Part shown: piece after piece, positions 18,059-29,636 of the stretch | How the letters are laid out: every line of letters starts with the position of its first letter | Position numbering within the stretch: position 1 is the stretch's first letter | Assembly: GCF_017642695.1 (NCBI RefSeq) | Contig: NZ_JAEPQD010000001.1 | DNA: 64,000 nt | Reading direction: 5' to 3' (one strand) | Source: Parvibaculum sp. | GTDB lineage: Bacteria > Pseudomonadota > Alphaproteobacteria > Parvibaculales > Parvibaculaceae | Notes under the pieces: generated by a model | Database searches by the model: none | Seen by the model: the letters and a program-made list of their open reading frames with translations, nothing else | Told to the model about the DNA's origin: nothing | Translations under genes and position numbers: made by a program

Positions 18059-20323
18059 TCAGCGGTAAAGGTTGTAAGCCGCAAGCGCCGCCATGTTGAC
18101 GAGGTCGGACACCGTCGCCGTCATCGGCACGATCTGCACCGGATGCTTGAGCCCGACGAGCAGCGGCCCGATCAGCGTCGAGCCGCCGAGCACGCGCAGC
18201 AGCTTCGTCGAGATCGACGCCGCATGGATCGCCGGCATCACGAGCACATTCGCCGTATCGGTCAGGCGGCAGAACGGATAGAGCGCCATCGTCTCGCGGT
18301 TGAGCGCGACATCGGCCGCCATCTCGCCCTCATATTCGAAGTCGACCTGCCGCGCATCGAGAATGTGTACGGCGTCGCGAACCGTCGAGGGCCGCTCATG
18401 CGTATGCGTGCCGAAACTCGAATTGGCGAGCATCGCGACGCGCGGTTCGTAGCCGAGACGCCGCGCGACTTCCGCCGCCTGCGTTGCGATATCGGCAAGC
18501 TCTTCCGGCGTCGGCATCTCGTGCACATTCGTGTCGGCGACGAGCACCGTGCGCCCGCCCGCCACGACCAGCGTCACGCCGATCGGCCTGCGCTCGTCCA
18601 CCGCGTCGATCACGCGCCTGACTTCCTCGAGTGCGACGGAATAGGTTCGCGTCACGCCCGTCACCATCGCATCCGCATCGCCGCGTTCCACCATCACGGC
18701 GGAGAAGATGTTGCGGTCGTTGCTCACGAGCCGGTGGCAGTCGCGATAGAGATAGCCGTTCCGCTGCTGCTTCTCGTAGAGGAAGTCGGTGTATTCCGGC
18801 ACCTTCTCGGAGCTGCGCGCATTGCGGATGTCGAGCCCGGTATTCGCGTCGAGCCCGATCTGCGTCAGCGTCTCGCGGATCTGTTCTTCCCGGCCGACAA
18901 GGATCGGATGGCCGAGGCCCGCATCGCGGAAGGCGAGCGCCGCGCGGATCACGCGCTCTTCCTCGCCCTCGGCGAAGACGACGCGCTTCGGGTCGCGCCG
19001 CACCTTGTCCATGATCACCTGCAGCGTGCCGGCGGTCGGATTGAGCCGCGCCTGCAGCCGGTTCTTGTAGGCTTCCATGTCGACGATGGGCGAGCGCGCG
19101 ACGCCGGTGTCCATCGCCGCCTTGGCGACGGCGGGCGGGATTTCGCGGATGAGCCGCGGGTCGAACGGCACGGGGATGATGTATTGCGGACCGAAGCGCG
19201 GGCGCTCGCCCTGATAGGCGGCGGCGACTTCGTCCGGCACGTCCTCGCGCGCGAGCCGCGCCAGCGCTTCCGCGCAGGCGATCTTCATCTCCTCGTTGAT
19301 CGCGCTCGCGCGCACGTCAAGCGCGCCGCGGAAGATGTAGGGAAAGCCGAGAACGTTGTTCACCTGGTTCGCATAGTCGCTGCGCCCCGTCGCCATGATG
19401 GCGTCGTCGCGCACCTGCGCCACGTCTTCCGGCGTGATCTCGGGGTCGGGATTCGCCATCGCGAAGATGATCGGCTTCGGCGCCATCGAGGCGACCATCT
19501 TCGGCGTCAGCGCGCCTTTGACCGAAAGCCCGAGAAAGACGTCGCAGCCTTCCATCGCCTCTTCCAGCGTCCGCCGGTCGGTCGTCACCGCATGGGCCGA
19601 CTTCCACTGGTTCATGCCCTCGGTTCGGCCCTTGTAGATGACGCCCTTGGTGTCGCACAGGATCGCGTTCTCGTGCGGCAGGCCCATCGCCTTCACGAGC
19701 TCAAGACAGGCGATACCGGCCGAGCCCGCGCCGTTCACAACCATCTTCACGTCCTTGATGTCGCGGCCGGTGAGATAGAGCGCGTTGATGAGCCCCGCGG
19801 CCGTGATGATCGCGGTGCCGTGCTGGTCGTCGTGAAAGACCGGAATGTCCATCAGCTCGCGCAACCGGCTCTCGATCACGAAGCAGTCGGGCGCGGAAAT
19901 GTCCTCGAGGTTGATGCCGCCGAAGGAGGGGCCCAGATAGCGAACCGAATTGATGAAGGCGTCGACATCCTTCGTGTCGACTTCAAGGTCGATCGAATCG
20001 ACATCGGCGAAGCGCTTGAAGAGCACGGCCTTGCCCTCCATCACCGGCTTCGAGGCGAGCGCGCCGAGGTCGCCGAGCCCGAGGATCGCCGTGCCGTTCG
20101 AGATCACGGCGACGAAGTTCCCTTTCGACGTGTATTCGTAGGCTGCGTCCGGGTTTTCCGCGATCGCGCGCACCGGCACCGCGACGCCGGGGCTGTAGGC
20201 GAGCGACAGGTCGTGCTGCGTCGCCATTGGCTTCGTCGCGTTGATTTCGAGCTTCCCGGGCTTGCCCTGGGAATGGAAGAGGAGCGCTTCCTCGTCGGTG
20301 AACTGGCGGCGCTTTTTGCTCAT
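18059..20323 (-). CDS. maeB: NADP-dependent malic enzyme (malic enzyme plus phosphotransacetylase-like domain)
   Basis: 754 aa. Malic enzyme motifs ([17 protein letters not shown]). C-terminal PTA-like domain. Confidence 0.9.
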   Translation of the reverse strand: MSKKRRQFTDEEALLFHSQGKPGKLEINATKPMATQHDLSLAYSPGVAVPVRAIAENPDAAYEYTSKGNFVAVISNGTAILGLGDLGALASKPVMEGKAVLFKRFADVDSIDLEVDTKDVDAFINSVRYLGPSFGGINLEDISAPDCFVIESRLRELMDIPVFHDDQHGTAIITAAGLINALYLTGRDIKDVKMVVNGAGSAGIACLELVKAMGLPHENAILCDTKGVIYKGRTEGMNQWKSAHAVTTDRRTLEEAMEGCDVFLGLSVKGALTPKMVASMAPKPIIFAMANPDPEITPEDVAQVRDDAIMATGRSDYANQVNNVLGFPYIFRGALDVRASAINEEMKIACAEALARLAREDVPDEVAAAYQGERPRFGPQYIIPVPFDPRLIREIPPAVAKAAMDTGVARSPIVDMEAYKNRLQARLNPTAGTLQVIMDKVRRDPKRVVFAEGEEERVIRAALAFRDAGLGHPILVGREEQIRETLTQIGLDANTGLDIRNARSSEKVPEYTDFLYEKQQRNGYLYRDCHRLVSNDRNIFSAVMVERGDADAMVTGVTRTYSVALEEVRRVIDAVDERRPIGVTLVVAGGRTVLVADTNVHEMPTPEELADIATQAAEVARRLGYEPRVAMLANSSFGTHTHERPSTVRDAVHILDARQVDFEYEGEMAADVALNRETMALYPFCRLTDTANVLVMPAIHAASISTKLLRVLGGSTLIGPLLVGLKHPVQIVPMTATVSDLVNMAALAAYNLYR

Positions 20324-20551
20324 GTCTCTCTGGTCCGGCTTGGGTCGGCGGGCAAGGGCGGGTCAGGATGCGGTCGGGGGCCCTCCCCGGAGCCCGCTTT
20401 TTAGGCTGGCGGTCCGCCAATAACAAGCGAACTCCGTTGATTTTGCGTGAGTATGGCGTGGTTTCCGCCCGCCGCCCCCTTCCTGCGGACGGGCTGCGGG
20501 TAGGCCTTTGCCGCTTTCCGGCAGCCCCGGTTCTGATTAATCTCCCGCCCC

Positions 20552-23254
20552 ATGTCCGAAAGCGCCGCCCCCTCCTTCCAGCACCAGAATGCGCCCGCCG
20601 CGCCGCCCGTCCCGGCGGAGGCGACCCCCATGATGGCGCAATATCTCGAGATCAAGGGCCGGTGGCCGGAAGCGCTCCTCTTCTACCGGATGGGTGATTT
20701 CTACGAGCTCTTCTTCGAGGACGCGGTTCACGCCGCCGAAGCGCTCGACATCGCGCTGACGAAGCGGGGCAAGCATCTGGGCGAGGACATTCCCATGTGC
20801 GGCGTTCCCGTCCATTCCCACGAGGCCTATCTCGAACGCCTGATCCGCAAGGGCTTCAAGGTCGCCGTCTGCGAACAGGTCGAGGACCCGGCGGAAGCGA
20901 AGAAGCGAGGGAGCAAATCCGTCGTCGCCCGCGCCGTCCAGCGTCTCGTCACACCCGGCACCTTGACCGAGGAGACCCTTCTCGACGCCCGCGCCCACAA
21001 CTACCTTGCCTCCCTGGCAAGGGTGGGCAGCGAAACCGAGCTCGGTCTTGCCTGGGCCGATGTCTCGACCGGCGAGCTCGCGGTAACGAGCCTGCCCCCC
21101 GCCGCGCTGGGCGCTGAGCTGGCGCGACTCTCGCCCGGCGAACTTCTGGTCTCGGAAGGATTCGCGGACGACGAAGCGGTGGCGCAGACGGGCGCGACGC
21201 TCACCGCGCTTGCCCCTGCTCGCTTCGACAGCGGCAATGCCGAGCGGCGTCTCAAGTCCCATTTTGCCGTCTCGGCACTGGATGGCTTCGGCGCCTTCTC
21301 CCGCGCGGAGCTCGGCGCCATGGGCGCGCTCCTCGATTACATCGAGCTGACCCAGGTCGGCCGCATGCCGGCCCTCATGGCACCTCGCCGCGTCGCAAGC
21401 GCCGACACCATGGCGATCGACGCCGCCACCCGCGCGAACCTCGAACTCGTGAAGACGCTTCAGGGCGAAACGCAGGGCTCGCTTCTTGCCGTCATCGACC
21501 GCACGGTGACGGGTGCGGGCGCGCGCGAGCTTGGCCGTCGTCTCGCCGCACCGCTCACCGATCCTGCCGCGATCAACCGCCGCCTCGACGCCGTCGAATG
21601 GTTTCACGACGCGCGCGATGTGCGGAGCGATCTGCGCGCGAACCTCAAATCCGCGCCCGACATCGCCCGCGCCCTCTCCCGCCTCTCGCTCGGGCGCGGC
21701 GGTCCGCGCGACCTCGCCGCCATCCGCGGCGGGCTTGAGGCTGCGGATTCGCTCTGCGCGACATTGGGCGCCGCCTCGCCTTCGCTCCTGCCTCTTCCCG
21801 AGGAGATCGCGGCCGCCTGCGCCGCGCTTGACGGCGTCGCCGTGCCGCTGAAGGAACGTCTCTCCGCGACGCTCGCCGAGGAATTGCCGCTGATCGCCCG
21901 CGATGGCGGCTTCATTGCCAGGGGCGCAAGCGCGGAACTCGACGAGACCCGCGCGCTCCGCGACGATGCGAGGAAGCTCATCGCGGGCCTTCAGGCGAAA
22001 TATGCGGACGAGACCGGCATCTCCGCCTTGAAGGTCCGCCACAACAATGTGCTCGGCTATTACATCGAGGTGCCGCCCCGCCACGGCGAGAAACTGACGA
22101 AGCCGCCCTTTTCCGAGAGCTACATCCACCGCCAGACCATGGCGAACGCCATGCGCTTCACGACGCCGGAGCTTGCCTCGCTCGCAAGCCGCATCGCGGA
22201 AGCCGCCGGCCGCGCGCTTGAAATCGAACTCGCGCTTTTCGAGGAACTCGCGGCCGCCGTGCTCGCCGAGGCCGCTGTCCTCGCCCGCGCGGCGGAAGCC
22301 CTTGCCGCGCTCGATACGTTTGCTGCGCTTGCCGAGCTCGCCGCCGAGCGCCGCCATGTCCGCCCCCGCGTCGACGCGAGCCTCGCCTTCGAGGTGAAGG
22401 CCGGCCGCCATCCGGTGGTCGAGGCCGCGCTCGCGAAAACAGGCGAACAGTTCGTGCCCAACGACTGCGAGTTGGGGCCGAAGCACCTGTGGCTGCTGAC
22501 CGGTCCCAACATGGCCGGCAAGTCGACCTTCCTGCGCCAGAACGCGCTCATCGCGATCATGGCGCAGATGGGCGCCTTCGTGCCGGCGGACGAGGCGCAT
22601 ATCGGCGTGGTCGACCGGCTCTTCTCCCGTGTCGGCGCGGCGGACGATCTCGCGCGCGGCCGTTCCACCTTCATGGTCGAAATGGTCGAGACGGCGGCGA
22701 TCCTCAATCAGGCGGGCGAGCGCTCCCTCGTCATCCTCGACGAGATCGGCCGCGGCACCGCGACCTTCGACGGCCTCTCCATCGCCTGGGCCGCTGTCGA
22801 ACATCTGCACGAGGTGAACCGCTCGCGCGCCCTCTTCGCGACGCACTACCACGAGCTCACTGTTCTTTCCGAAAAGCTTGGCTCTCTCGCCAACGCGACG
22901 ATGAAGGTGAAGGAATGGAAAGGCGACGTCGTTTTCCTGCACGAAGTCGGTCCCGGCGCTGCCGACCGCTCCTACGGCATCCAGGTCGCGAAACTCGCGG
23001 GGCTTCCGGCGCCGGTCATCGCCCGTGCGCAATCGGTTCTCTCCGCGCTCGAAAAGGGCAGCGACCGCGAGTCCCGCGCGAAACTCACCGACGACCTGCC
23101 GCTCTTCTCCGCGACCGCGAAGCCCGTTGCTCCGCTCACGGAAGAAAGTGCTGTCGAAAAGGAACTGAAAAGCCTCAACCCCGATGAGTTGACGCCGAAG
23201 GCCGCGCTGGAATTGATCTACAGACTGAAAGGTCTGGTGAAGGACGGCGAGTAG
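20552..23254 (+). CDS. mutS: DNA mismatch repair protein MutS
   Basis: 900 aa. MTPMMAQY..GDFYELF mismatch-binding domain. Walker A (GPNMAGKST). Divergent from tme, as in rhizobia. Confidence 0.95.
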   Translation: MSESAAPSFQHQNAPAAPPVPAEATPMMAQYLEIKGRWPEALLFYRMGDFYELFFEDAVHAAEALDIALTKRGKHLGEDIPMCGVPVHSHEAYLERLIRKGFKVAVCEQVEDPAEAKKRGSKSVVARAVQRLVTPGTLTEETLLDARAHNYLASLARVGSETELGLAWADVSTGELAVTSLPPAALGAELARLSPGELLVSEGFADDEAVAQTGATLTALAPARFDSGNAERRLKSHFAVSALDGFGAFSRAELGAMGALLDYIELTQVGRMPALMAPRRVASADTMAIDAATRANLELVKTLQGETQGSLLAVIDRTVTGAGARELGRRLAAPLTDPAAINRRLDAVEWFHDARDVRSDLRANLKSAPDIARALSRLSLGRGGPRDLAAIRGGLEAADSLCATLGAASPSLLPLPEEIAAACAALDGVAVPLKERLSATLAEELPLIARDGGFIARGASAELDETRALRDDARKLIAGLQAKYADETGISALKVRHNNVLGYYIEVPPRHGEKLTKPPFSESYIHRQTMANAMRFTTPELASLASRIAEAAGRALEIELALFEELAAAVLAEAAVLARAAEALAALDTFAALAELAAERRHVRPRVDASLAFEVKAGRHPVVEAALAKTGEQFVPNDCELGPKHLWLLTGPNMAGKSTFLRQNALIAIMAQMGAFVPADEAHIGVVDRLFSRVGAADDLARGRSTFMVEMVETAAILNQAGERSLVILDEIGRGTATFDGLSIAWAAVEHLHEVNRSRALFATHYHELTVLSEKLGSLANATMKVKEWKGDVVFLHEVGPGAADRSYGIQVAKLAGLPAPVIARAQSVLSALEKGSDRESRAKLTDDLPLFSATAKPVAPLTEESAVEKELKSLNPDELTPKAALELIYRLKGLVKDGE

Positions 23255-23373
23255 GAGACTTCAAAAATTTATGTCATGCCCGACTTGATCCGGGCATCCA
23301 GGGGCCGCTAGCTCGGTGCTCTGGATTGCCGGGTCACGCCCGGCAATGAAACGCGAGAGATGTGTGGAAGAAG

Positions 23374-24105
23374 CTACTTCCGCGCGACGTAGATGCACTC
23401 GTCGCGGAGCAATCCCCACTTCACTTCCTCTTCCGGCTTCCGCCGGTAGGGTTCGACGGAAGTAAAGCCCGCCGCTTCGAGTTTGCTTCCGAAGTCGCGG
23501 CCGTAATAGCGCTTGTGATCCGTACCGCCGAAATGGACGAAGCGTTCGTCGGGGTCCGTGATCGACGGGTTCTCGTAGGTCTCGTCGCGCGAGAGATTGA
23601 TCGGCACCGAGAAGAACCCGTAACCGCCGGGCTTCAGCACACGGAACATTTCGCGCATCGCCGTCTGGTCGTCGTCGATATGCTCGAAGACGTGGTTCGC
23701 GATCACCACGTCGAAGAAATCGTCCGGCCGGTCGATCTTCGTGATGTCGAGCTGGAACTTAGCGATGGGCGAGTAGAGATCGGCAGGCTCGTAACCGGGA
23801 TTGTTCTTCATCGCCCGCATCAGCCACTTCTCGGGACCGAACTGCAGGATCTTCTTTGTCGAGAGGTCGATCCCGTGCTCGTCGAGATAGAGCTGCAGCA
23901 GGCGGTGGCGCTCGCGCGAACCGCAATTCGGACAGCGCGTGTCCCAGCGCGACGGCCGCCCGACGGACAGGAAAATCCCGTGATAGCCGCAGACGGGGCA
24001 GGTGCGGTGAATCTTCTTGCGCGAAAACTGTCCGCGGTCCTTCCACCAGCCCTGCAGCATGCGGCTGAAAACCTTGCGCCGGTCGATCTCGGTATTCTCG
24101 CTCAA
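23374..24105 (-). CDS. class I SAM-dependent methyltransferase with N-terminal Cys4 zinc ribbon
   Basis: 243 aa. CPVCG...CPNCG ribbon. MTase motifs (ILQFGPE, VIANHVFEHIDD, LKPGGYGFFSVP). Visibly AT-richer than its neighbours. Confidence 0.7.
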   Translation of the reverse strand: MSENTEIDRRKVFSRMLQGWWKDRGQFSRKKIHRTCPVCGYHGIFLSVGRPSRWDTRCPNCGSRERHRLLQLYLDEHGIDLSTKKILQFGPEKWLMRAMKNNPGYEPADLYSPIAKFQLDITKIDRPDDFFDVVIANHVFEHIDDDQTAMREMFRVLKPGGYGFFSVPINLSRDETYENPSITDPDERFVHFGGTDHKRYYGRDFGSKLEAAGFTSVEPYRRKPEEEVKWGLLRDECIYVARK

Positions 24106-24240
24106 ACCCTGTCCGCCTGTTCGCCTTGCCGCTCGCGCGGGGCCGTGAAATCAGGCCACAATGTCGGGCAGGGAAATTTATTGTCAAGCAAAGGCGGGGA
24201 GGGGCCGCGACGGGGCCCTCTCCCCGCGTTAATTCTCGGC

Positions 24241-24552
24241 TCAGAGCGTCGAGGGCTCCACATACATGGTCTTGAGCGACTGCCTGAGGTCGCTCACCCC
24301 CTCGGCGGGGTTTCCGCCCTCGCATTTCTCGACGCCGCTTTGATGCAGCGCCCGCGCCTTGTCGGCATAGGGCAGGTCCGCCTTGAACTTCATGGTGAAC
24401 TGGAACTGCTCGTCGAGCCTGCTGCAGAGTTCCTCTGCATCGCCAGTCGAAAGCTCGCTGGCGGGCGTCGGCGCGGCCGCCGCCGGCAGTGCCGAGAGCG
24501 CCGTTCCGGCCGCGAAGGCGGAAGCGGCGAGGATATTCATTGTCTTGCGCAT
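24241..24552 (-). CDS. small secreted protein (hypothetical)
   Basis: 103 aa from MRKTMNILAASAFAAGTALSALPAAAAP (signal peptide). AGGAGGGA RBS. Two Cys residues. Confidence 0.5.
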   Translation of the reverse strand: MRKTMNILAASAFAAGTALSALPAAAAPTPASELSTGDAEELCSRLDEQFQFTMKFKADLPYADKARALHQSGVEKCEGGNPAEGVSDLRQSLKTMYVEPSTL

Positions 24553-24834
24553 GATTTCCCTCCTGTCTCTGCATCGTCTTTCGCTGTCGCGGGCGGAGGC
24601 GGGCTGCGACCGCCCGATGCGAGCGAGGTGGGTCGCGTTCGTGGCGGAAACCCGGCAAAAATGTGGCAAGAATCGGATAAGCTGTGAAAAAATCGTAATG
24701 ATTTCTATAGCTTGGCGTGTAATTAAGAGTTGTCTTGATCCCGGCCGCCCGGCCCCTCATGTCCGGGTCCAGAGGATTGACCGTGGATGATATGATGCGG
24801 GCGCGCCCGCCAGATGTATGAGGAGTCGCCCCGC

Positions 24835-27621
24835 ATGGGCCGCACCCTTCCCAGCCTTCTCGAGATTGCCGATCCCGACGAAATCCGCCGGAAGCTCGAC
24901 GCCCTGAAAGGCGACGACGATCTGGCGCTGCGCCGCGGCGTCGTCGGCGTGCTGAAATCGGCGCTCACGGAAGGCCGCGCGAAGTCGCGCGAGCGGCTGG
25001 AGCAGGGCGCGCACCGGGGCCGCGCCTGCGCCGAAAGCCTGAGCTACCTCCAGGATACGATCATCCGCGAGCTTTACGACTTCGCGACGCGCCGCGTCTT
25101 TCCCGCGCCTAACCCGAGCGGCGCCGAGCGTCTCGCCATCGCCGCCGTTGGCGGGTATGGCCGCGGCACGCTCGCGCCCGGCTCCGACATCGACCTCCTT
25201 TTCCTGCTGCCCTACAAGCAGACCCCCTGGGGCGAGAGCGTCGTCGAATACATGCTCTATGTCCTCTGGGATCTCGGGCTGAAGGTCGGCCACTCGACGC
25301 GCTCCATTGCCGACTGCATCCGCCTGTCGCGCGAGGACTTCACCATCCGCACCTCGCTCCTGGAGGCGCGCTTCGTCTATGGCGACAGGGAACTCTTCGA
25401 GGAACTCGAAAGCCGCTTCGACGAGGAAGTGGTGAAGGGCACGGCCAACGAATTCGTGGAGGCGAAACTCGCCGAACGCGATGTCCGCCACGAACGCGCC
25501 GGTGAAAGCCGTTATCTCGTCGAACCGAATGTGAAGGAAGGCAAGGGCGGTCTTCGCGACCTGAACACGCTTTTCTGGATCGCGAAATATGTCTACCGCG
25601 TGAAGCAGACCTCCGATCTCGTCAAGGTCGGCGTCTTCACGAAGGAGGAATACCAGACCTTCCGCAAGGCGGAGAATTTCCTCTGGGCGGTGCGTTGCGA
25701 ACTGCACTTCCTGACCGGCCGCGCCGAGGAGCGCATCACCTTCGACCTCCAGACCGAAATGGCGAAGCGCCTCGGCTATCACGGTCATCGCGGGCTGAAG
25801 GCCGTCGAGCGCTTCATGAAGCACTACTTCCTGATCGCCAAGGATGTCGGCGACCTCACGCGAATCTTCTGCGCCGTGCTCGAGGACCAGGAGAAGAAGA
25901 AGAAGCCATCTATCGGCCGCTTCATGCAGGCCATGCGCCGCAAGAAGGTCATTCGCGGATTCTCGGTCGAGACGGGCCGCCTTTCCGTCTCGAACGTTGC
26001 CTTCTTCGAGAAGGACCCGGTCAACATCATCCGCCTCTTCCATGTTGCCGAGCAGCACGGTCTCGACATTCACCCCGATGTGCTGAAGCTCATCACGCGC
26101 TCGCTGAAACTCGTCGACGCGAGCTTGCGCAAGAACGAGGAGGCGAACCGTCTCTTCCTCGAAATTCTCGCTTCGAAGAAGACGCCCGAAATCACACTCC
26201 GCCTGATGAACGAGGCGGGCGTACTCGGCCGCTTCGTGCCGGATTTCGGCCGCATCGTCGCGCTTATGCAGTTCAACATGTATCACCACTACACGGCGGA
26301 CGAGCACCTGCTGCGCGCCATCGGCATTCTCTCCGAAGTCGAGAAGGGCAAGGAGCGCAACGAATATCCGCTCGCCCACGAACTCATGGGCAAGCTGAAG
26401 AGCCGCAACGCGATCTATATGGCGATCTTCCTCCACGATATCGCCAAGGGCCGCGACGAGGATCATTCGGATGCGGGTGCCTCCATCGCGCGCAAGCTCT
26501 GCCCGCGCCTCGGCATGGGCCCCGGCGACACCGAAACCGTCGCCTGGCTCGTGCAGAACCATCTCGTCATGTCGGACGTGGCCCAGCGCCGCGACATCGC
26601 GGACCCGCGCACGGTCCGCGACTTCGCCGACCTCGTGCAGAGCCCCGAGCGTCTGAAGATGCTCTATGTGCTCACTGTCGTCGACATCAAGGCGGTTGGT
26701 CCCGGCGTCTGGAACGGCTGGAAGGGCCAGTTGCTGCGCCAGCTCTATTTCGAAACCGAGGCGCTGCTTCAGGGCGGCGAAAGCGCGCTCAACCGCAAGG
26801 GCCGCGTCGCCGAAGCGAAGGAAGCTCTCGCCGCGCGCCTCTCCGACTGGTCGAAGGCGGCGACGGAGCGCTACCTGAAGCGTCATGGTGACGCCTACTG
26901 GCTGTCGACGGATACAGACATGCAGGAGCGTCATGCCCGCTTCATCGAGGGCGTGAAGGATCAGCCGCTCGGCATATCATCCGCGCCGGAACCCACGCGC
27001 GACGTGACCGAACTCACGCTCTACACGCAGGATCATCCGGGCCTCTTCGCGCGCTTCGCGGGCGCCTGCGCCGTTCTCGGCATGAACATCGTCGACGCCA
27101 AGATCTTCACCACCCGCGACGGCATGGCGCTCGACATGCTCTGGGTGCAGGACCCCGATGGCGGCGCCATTCAGGAAGAACGCCGCATCCGCCGTCTGGA
27201 GGACACGATTCGCAAGGTGCTGGCGGGCGAGATCCTGCCGCCCGACGCGATCGAACAGCGGTCGCGCCGTCAGCGCCGCGCGGACGCCTTCTCCGTCGCG
27301 CCGCAGGTCTTCATCGATAATGAGGCCTCCGACGACTACACGGTGATCGAGGTGAACGGCCTCGACCGTCCCGGCCTCGTCCATGCGCTCTCGCGCGCCC
27401 TATTCCATCTCGGCCTCACCATCGGCTCCGCCCACATCACGACCTATGGCGAGCGCGCGGTCGACGTCTTCTATGTAAAGGACGTGATCGGCCACAAGGT
27501 CACGAACGCCAACAAGAAGAAGGCCGTCGAGCGTCACCTCCAGGAGGCGCTGGCCGACCCGATGAAGAAGGCAAGACCGGCCAAGCGCACCAAACGCGAA
27601 GACGCCACCGCGGCGGCATGA
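24835..27621 (+). CDS. glnD: [protein-PII] uridylyltransferase / uridylyl-removing enzyme GlnD
   Basis: Nucleotidyltransferase motif (GGYGRGTLAPGSDIDLLFL), HD domain, two C-terminal ACT domains. GAGGAG RBS before the ATG at 24835 (alternative ATG at 24814). Confidence 0.9.
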   Translation: MGRTLPSLLEIADPDEIRRKLDALKGDDDLALRRGVVGVLKSALTEGRAKSRERLEQGAHRGRACAESLSYLQDTIIRELYDFATRRVFPAPNPSGAERLAIAAVGGYGRGTLAPGSDIDLLFLLPYKQTPWGESVVEYMLYVLWDLGLKVGHSTRSIADCIRLSREDFTIRTSLLEARFVYGDRELFEELESRFDEEVVKGTANEFVEAKLAERDVRHERAGESRYLVEPNVKEGKGGLRDLNTLFWIAKYVYRVKQTSDLVKVGVFTKEEYQTFRKAENFLWAVRCELHFLTGRAEERITFDLQTEMAKRLGYHGHRGLKAVERFMKHYFLIAKDVGDLTRIFCAVLEDQEKKKKPSIGRFMQAMRRKKVIRGFSVETGRLSVSNVAFFEKDPVNIIRLFHVAEQHGLDIHPDVLKLITRSLKLVDASLRKNEEANRLFLEILASKKTPEITLRLMNEAGVLGRFVPDFGRIVALMQFNMYHHYTADEHLLRAIGILSEVEKGKERNEYPLAHELMGKLKSRNAIYMAIFLHDIAKGRDEDHSDAGASIARKLCPRLGMGPGDTETVAWLVQNHLVMSDVAQRRDIADPRTVRDFADLVQSPERLKMLYVLTVVDIKAVGPGVWNGWKGQLLRQLYFETEALLQGGESALNRKGRVAEAKEALAARLSDWSKAATERYLKRHGDAYWLSTDTDMQERHARFIEGVKDQPLGISSAPEPTRDVTELTLYTQDHPGLFARFAGACAVLGMNIVDAKIFTTRDGMALDMLWVQDPDGGAIQEERRIRRLEDTIRKVLAGEILPPDAIEQRSRRQRRADAFSVAPQVFIDNEASDDYTVIEVNGLDRPGLVHALSRALFHLGLTIGSAHITTYGERAVDVFYVKDVIGHKVTNANKKKAVERHLQEALADPMKKARPAKRTKREDATAAA

Positions 27622-27637
27622 TCTTCGGCTTCTCGTC

Positions 27638-27670
27638 CCACCCTCCCCTTGAGGGGTGAGGGGCGGTTTG
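27638..27670 (+). terminator. putative intrinsic terminator after glnD (imperfect GC hairpin ccctcccc-ttga-ggggtgagggg followed by a T-tract)
   Basis: Read from sequence. The stem is imperfect. Confidence 0.3.
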
Positions 27671-27871
27671 CGGAAGCAAACGAAAAGGTCCCGTGGACCT
27701 TTTCGAGCATCGAACGCCCCGAGCTCCGCGAAGGGCAAGTCAAACGGCTGCAAGCCGTTTGGGGCGGGGGCTCTTCCTGAATCCTGCCTCAATCCGGTTC
27801 GCAATTTCGCCCGAACAGCGCTAGAGATTTGAGGACAAGAAGCAGAACGCCCGCCAGATGGCCCTGAACAT

Positions 27872-29413
27872 ATGAGCCTCCTCCGCTCCGCCGCGACCGT
27901 CGGCGGCACCACGCTGATCAGCCGCCTGCTCGGTTTCCTGCGCGACGTCATGATGGCGGCCGCTCTCGGCACGGGGCCGATTGCGGATGCCTTCTTCGTC
28001 GCCTTCCGCTTTCCGAACATGTTCCGCTCGATTTTCGCCGAGGGCGCCTTCAACTCGGCCTTCGTGCCCTTGTTCGCCAAGCGCCTCGAAGGCGAGGGCG
28101 AAAATGCCGCGCGGCGTTTTGCGGAGGATGCGCTCGCCGTCCTTCTCCTCGCCCTCGTCCTGATGACGATCGCGGCCGAGCTCGCCATGCCCTGGATCAT
28201 GCTCGTCTTCGCGCCGGGCTTTGCAGATGACCCGCAGAAATTCGAATGGGCGGTCGAGTTCACGCGGATCGCCTTCCCCTATCTCCTCTTCATCTCGCTG
28301 ACCGCCCTCCAGTCCGCGATCCTGAATTCATTGGGCCGCTTCTTCCCGGGCGCCGCCGCGCCGGTCATGCTGAACGTGACCTTGATCTTCGCGATCCTCT
28401 TTCTCGTGCCCCTGACGGACAATCCGGGCCGCGCGCTCGCCTGGGGCGTCGCGGCGGCGGGCGTCGTTCAGTTCGTCTGGCTTGCCGTTTCGCTCTGGCG
28501 CGCGGGCATGGTGCTGCGGCTCCGCCTGCCCAGGCTCACGCCGGATGTCCGCCGCCTCTTCCGCCTCGGCGTCCCCGGCGTCATCGCCGGCGGCATCACG
28601 CAGGTGAACCTCACCATTGGCACCATGATCGCCTCGCTGCAGGCGGGTGCCGTGTCCTGGCTCTACTATGCCGACCGCATCTACCAGCTGCCGCTCGCCG
28701 TCATCGGCATCGCCATCGGCATCGTCCTCCTGCCGGAGCTTTCCCGCCGCCTCCGCGCGGATGACGGCGCGGGCGCAAGCTGGAGCCAGAACCGCGCCGT
28801 CGAATTCTCGATGCTCCTGACGGTGCCCGCCGCCGTCGGTGCCGCGGTCCTCTCCTTCGACATCATCCGCGTCCTCTTCGAGCGCGGCGCGTTCCTCCGT
28901 GCCGACACGGAGGCGACCTCCATCGCGCTCATGATCTATGCGGCGGGCCTTCCCGCCTTCGTCCTCATCAAGGTTTTTCAGCCCGCCTATTTCGCGCGCG
29001 AGGACACCAAGACGCCGCTCCGCTTCGCGGCCATCTCCATCGTCGTCAACATCGTCGCATCGCTCGTCCTGTTTCAGTATTTCGGCTTCGCGGGCATCGC
29101 GGCGGGCACGACCCTCGCCGCCTGGACGAACACGGGCCAGTTGGCCACTCGTCTTTTCCGAAAAGGCGATTTCGCGCCCGACCCGCAGCTCGCCCGCCGC
29201 CTGCCGCTCATTCTCATGGCGTCCGGCGGTATGGGCGCTGCCCTCTGGTTCGGCGCCGACGCGCTCGCCCCCTTCTTCGAAAACGGATTGCTCGTCAGCG
29301 TCGCCGCGCTCGCTGGGCTGATCGCGGGCGGCGTCCTCGTCTACTTCTTCCTCTGCGAGGTCACCGGCGCCTCGCGCCTCGCCGACCTCCGCCGCGCCTT
29401 CACGCGGGGCTGA
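27872..29413 (+). CDS. murJ: lipid II flippase MurJ (MviN)
   Basis: 513 aa, multi-TM. MurJ N-terminus (GGTTLISRLLGFLRDVMMAAALGTGPIADAFFVAFRFPN). Confidence 0.9.
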   Translation: MSLLRSAATVGGTTLISRLLGFLRDVMMAAALGTGPIADAFFVAFRFPNMFRSIFAEGAFNSAFVPLFAKRLEGEGENAARRFAEDALAVLLLALVLMTIAAELAMPWIMLVFAPGFADDPQKFEWAVEFTRIAFPYLLFISLTALQSAILNSLGRFFPGAAAPVMLNVTLIFAILFLVPLTDNPGRALAWGVAAAGVVQFVWLAVSLWRAGMVLRLRLPRLTPDVRRLFRLGVPGVIAGGITQVNLTIGTMIASLQAGAVSWLYYADRIYQLPLAVIGIAIGIVLLPELSRRLRADDGAGASWSQNRAVEFSMLLTVPAAVGAAVLSFDIIRVLFERGAFLRADTEATSIALMIYAAGLPAFVLIKVFQPAYFAREDTKTPLRFAAISIVVNIVASLVLFQYFGFAGIAAGTTLAAWTNTGQLATRLFRKGDFAPDPQLARRLPLILMASGGMGAALWFGADALAPFFENGLLVSVAALAGLIAGGVLVYFFLCEVTGASRLADLRRAFTRG

Positions 29414-29619
29414 AAACCGGGGATAAGATTCTCGCTTTTCCGCGGATCTTCCGAAGCAGCCAAGACAAGTGTCCCGCCCGCTCGCCGCATGACGTTTCAA
29501 TGACAGTTCGGTGACAGCCGGCCGCCTTTATCCCCGGAAATACGAAATCCCCGGTCCTCTTTCGAGAACCTGGGACCCCGGAAAGGCCGCCGGTGGAGAC
29601 GGGTCCGGCGGCAAGTTAA

Positions 29620-29636
29620 TTTAGAATAATTCTAAT
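29620..29636. promoter_or_regulatory. ICE-like (Irr-box-like) palindrome TTTAGAA-TAA-TTCTAAT upstream of trpS
   Basis: Perfect 7-1-7 palindrome TTAGAAT-A-ATTCTAA in the AT-richest spot of a GC-rich intergenic region. Matches the Bradyrhizobium ICE consensus TTTAGAA-N3-TTCTAAA at 13 of 14 positions. Confidence 0.4.
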
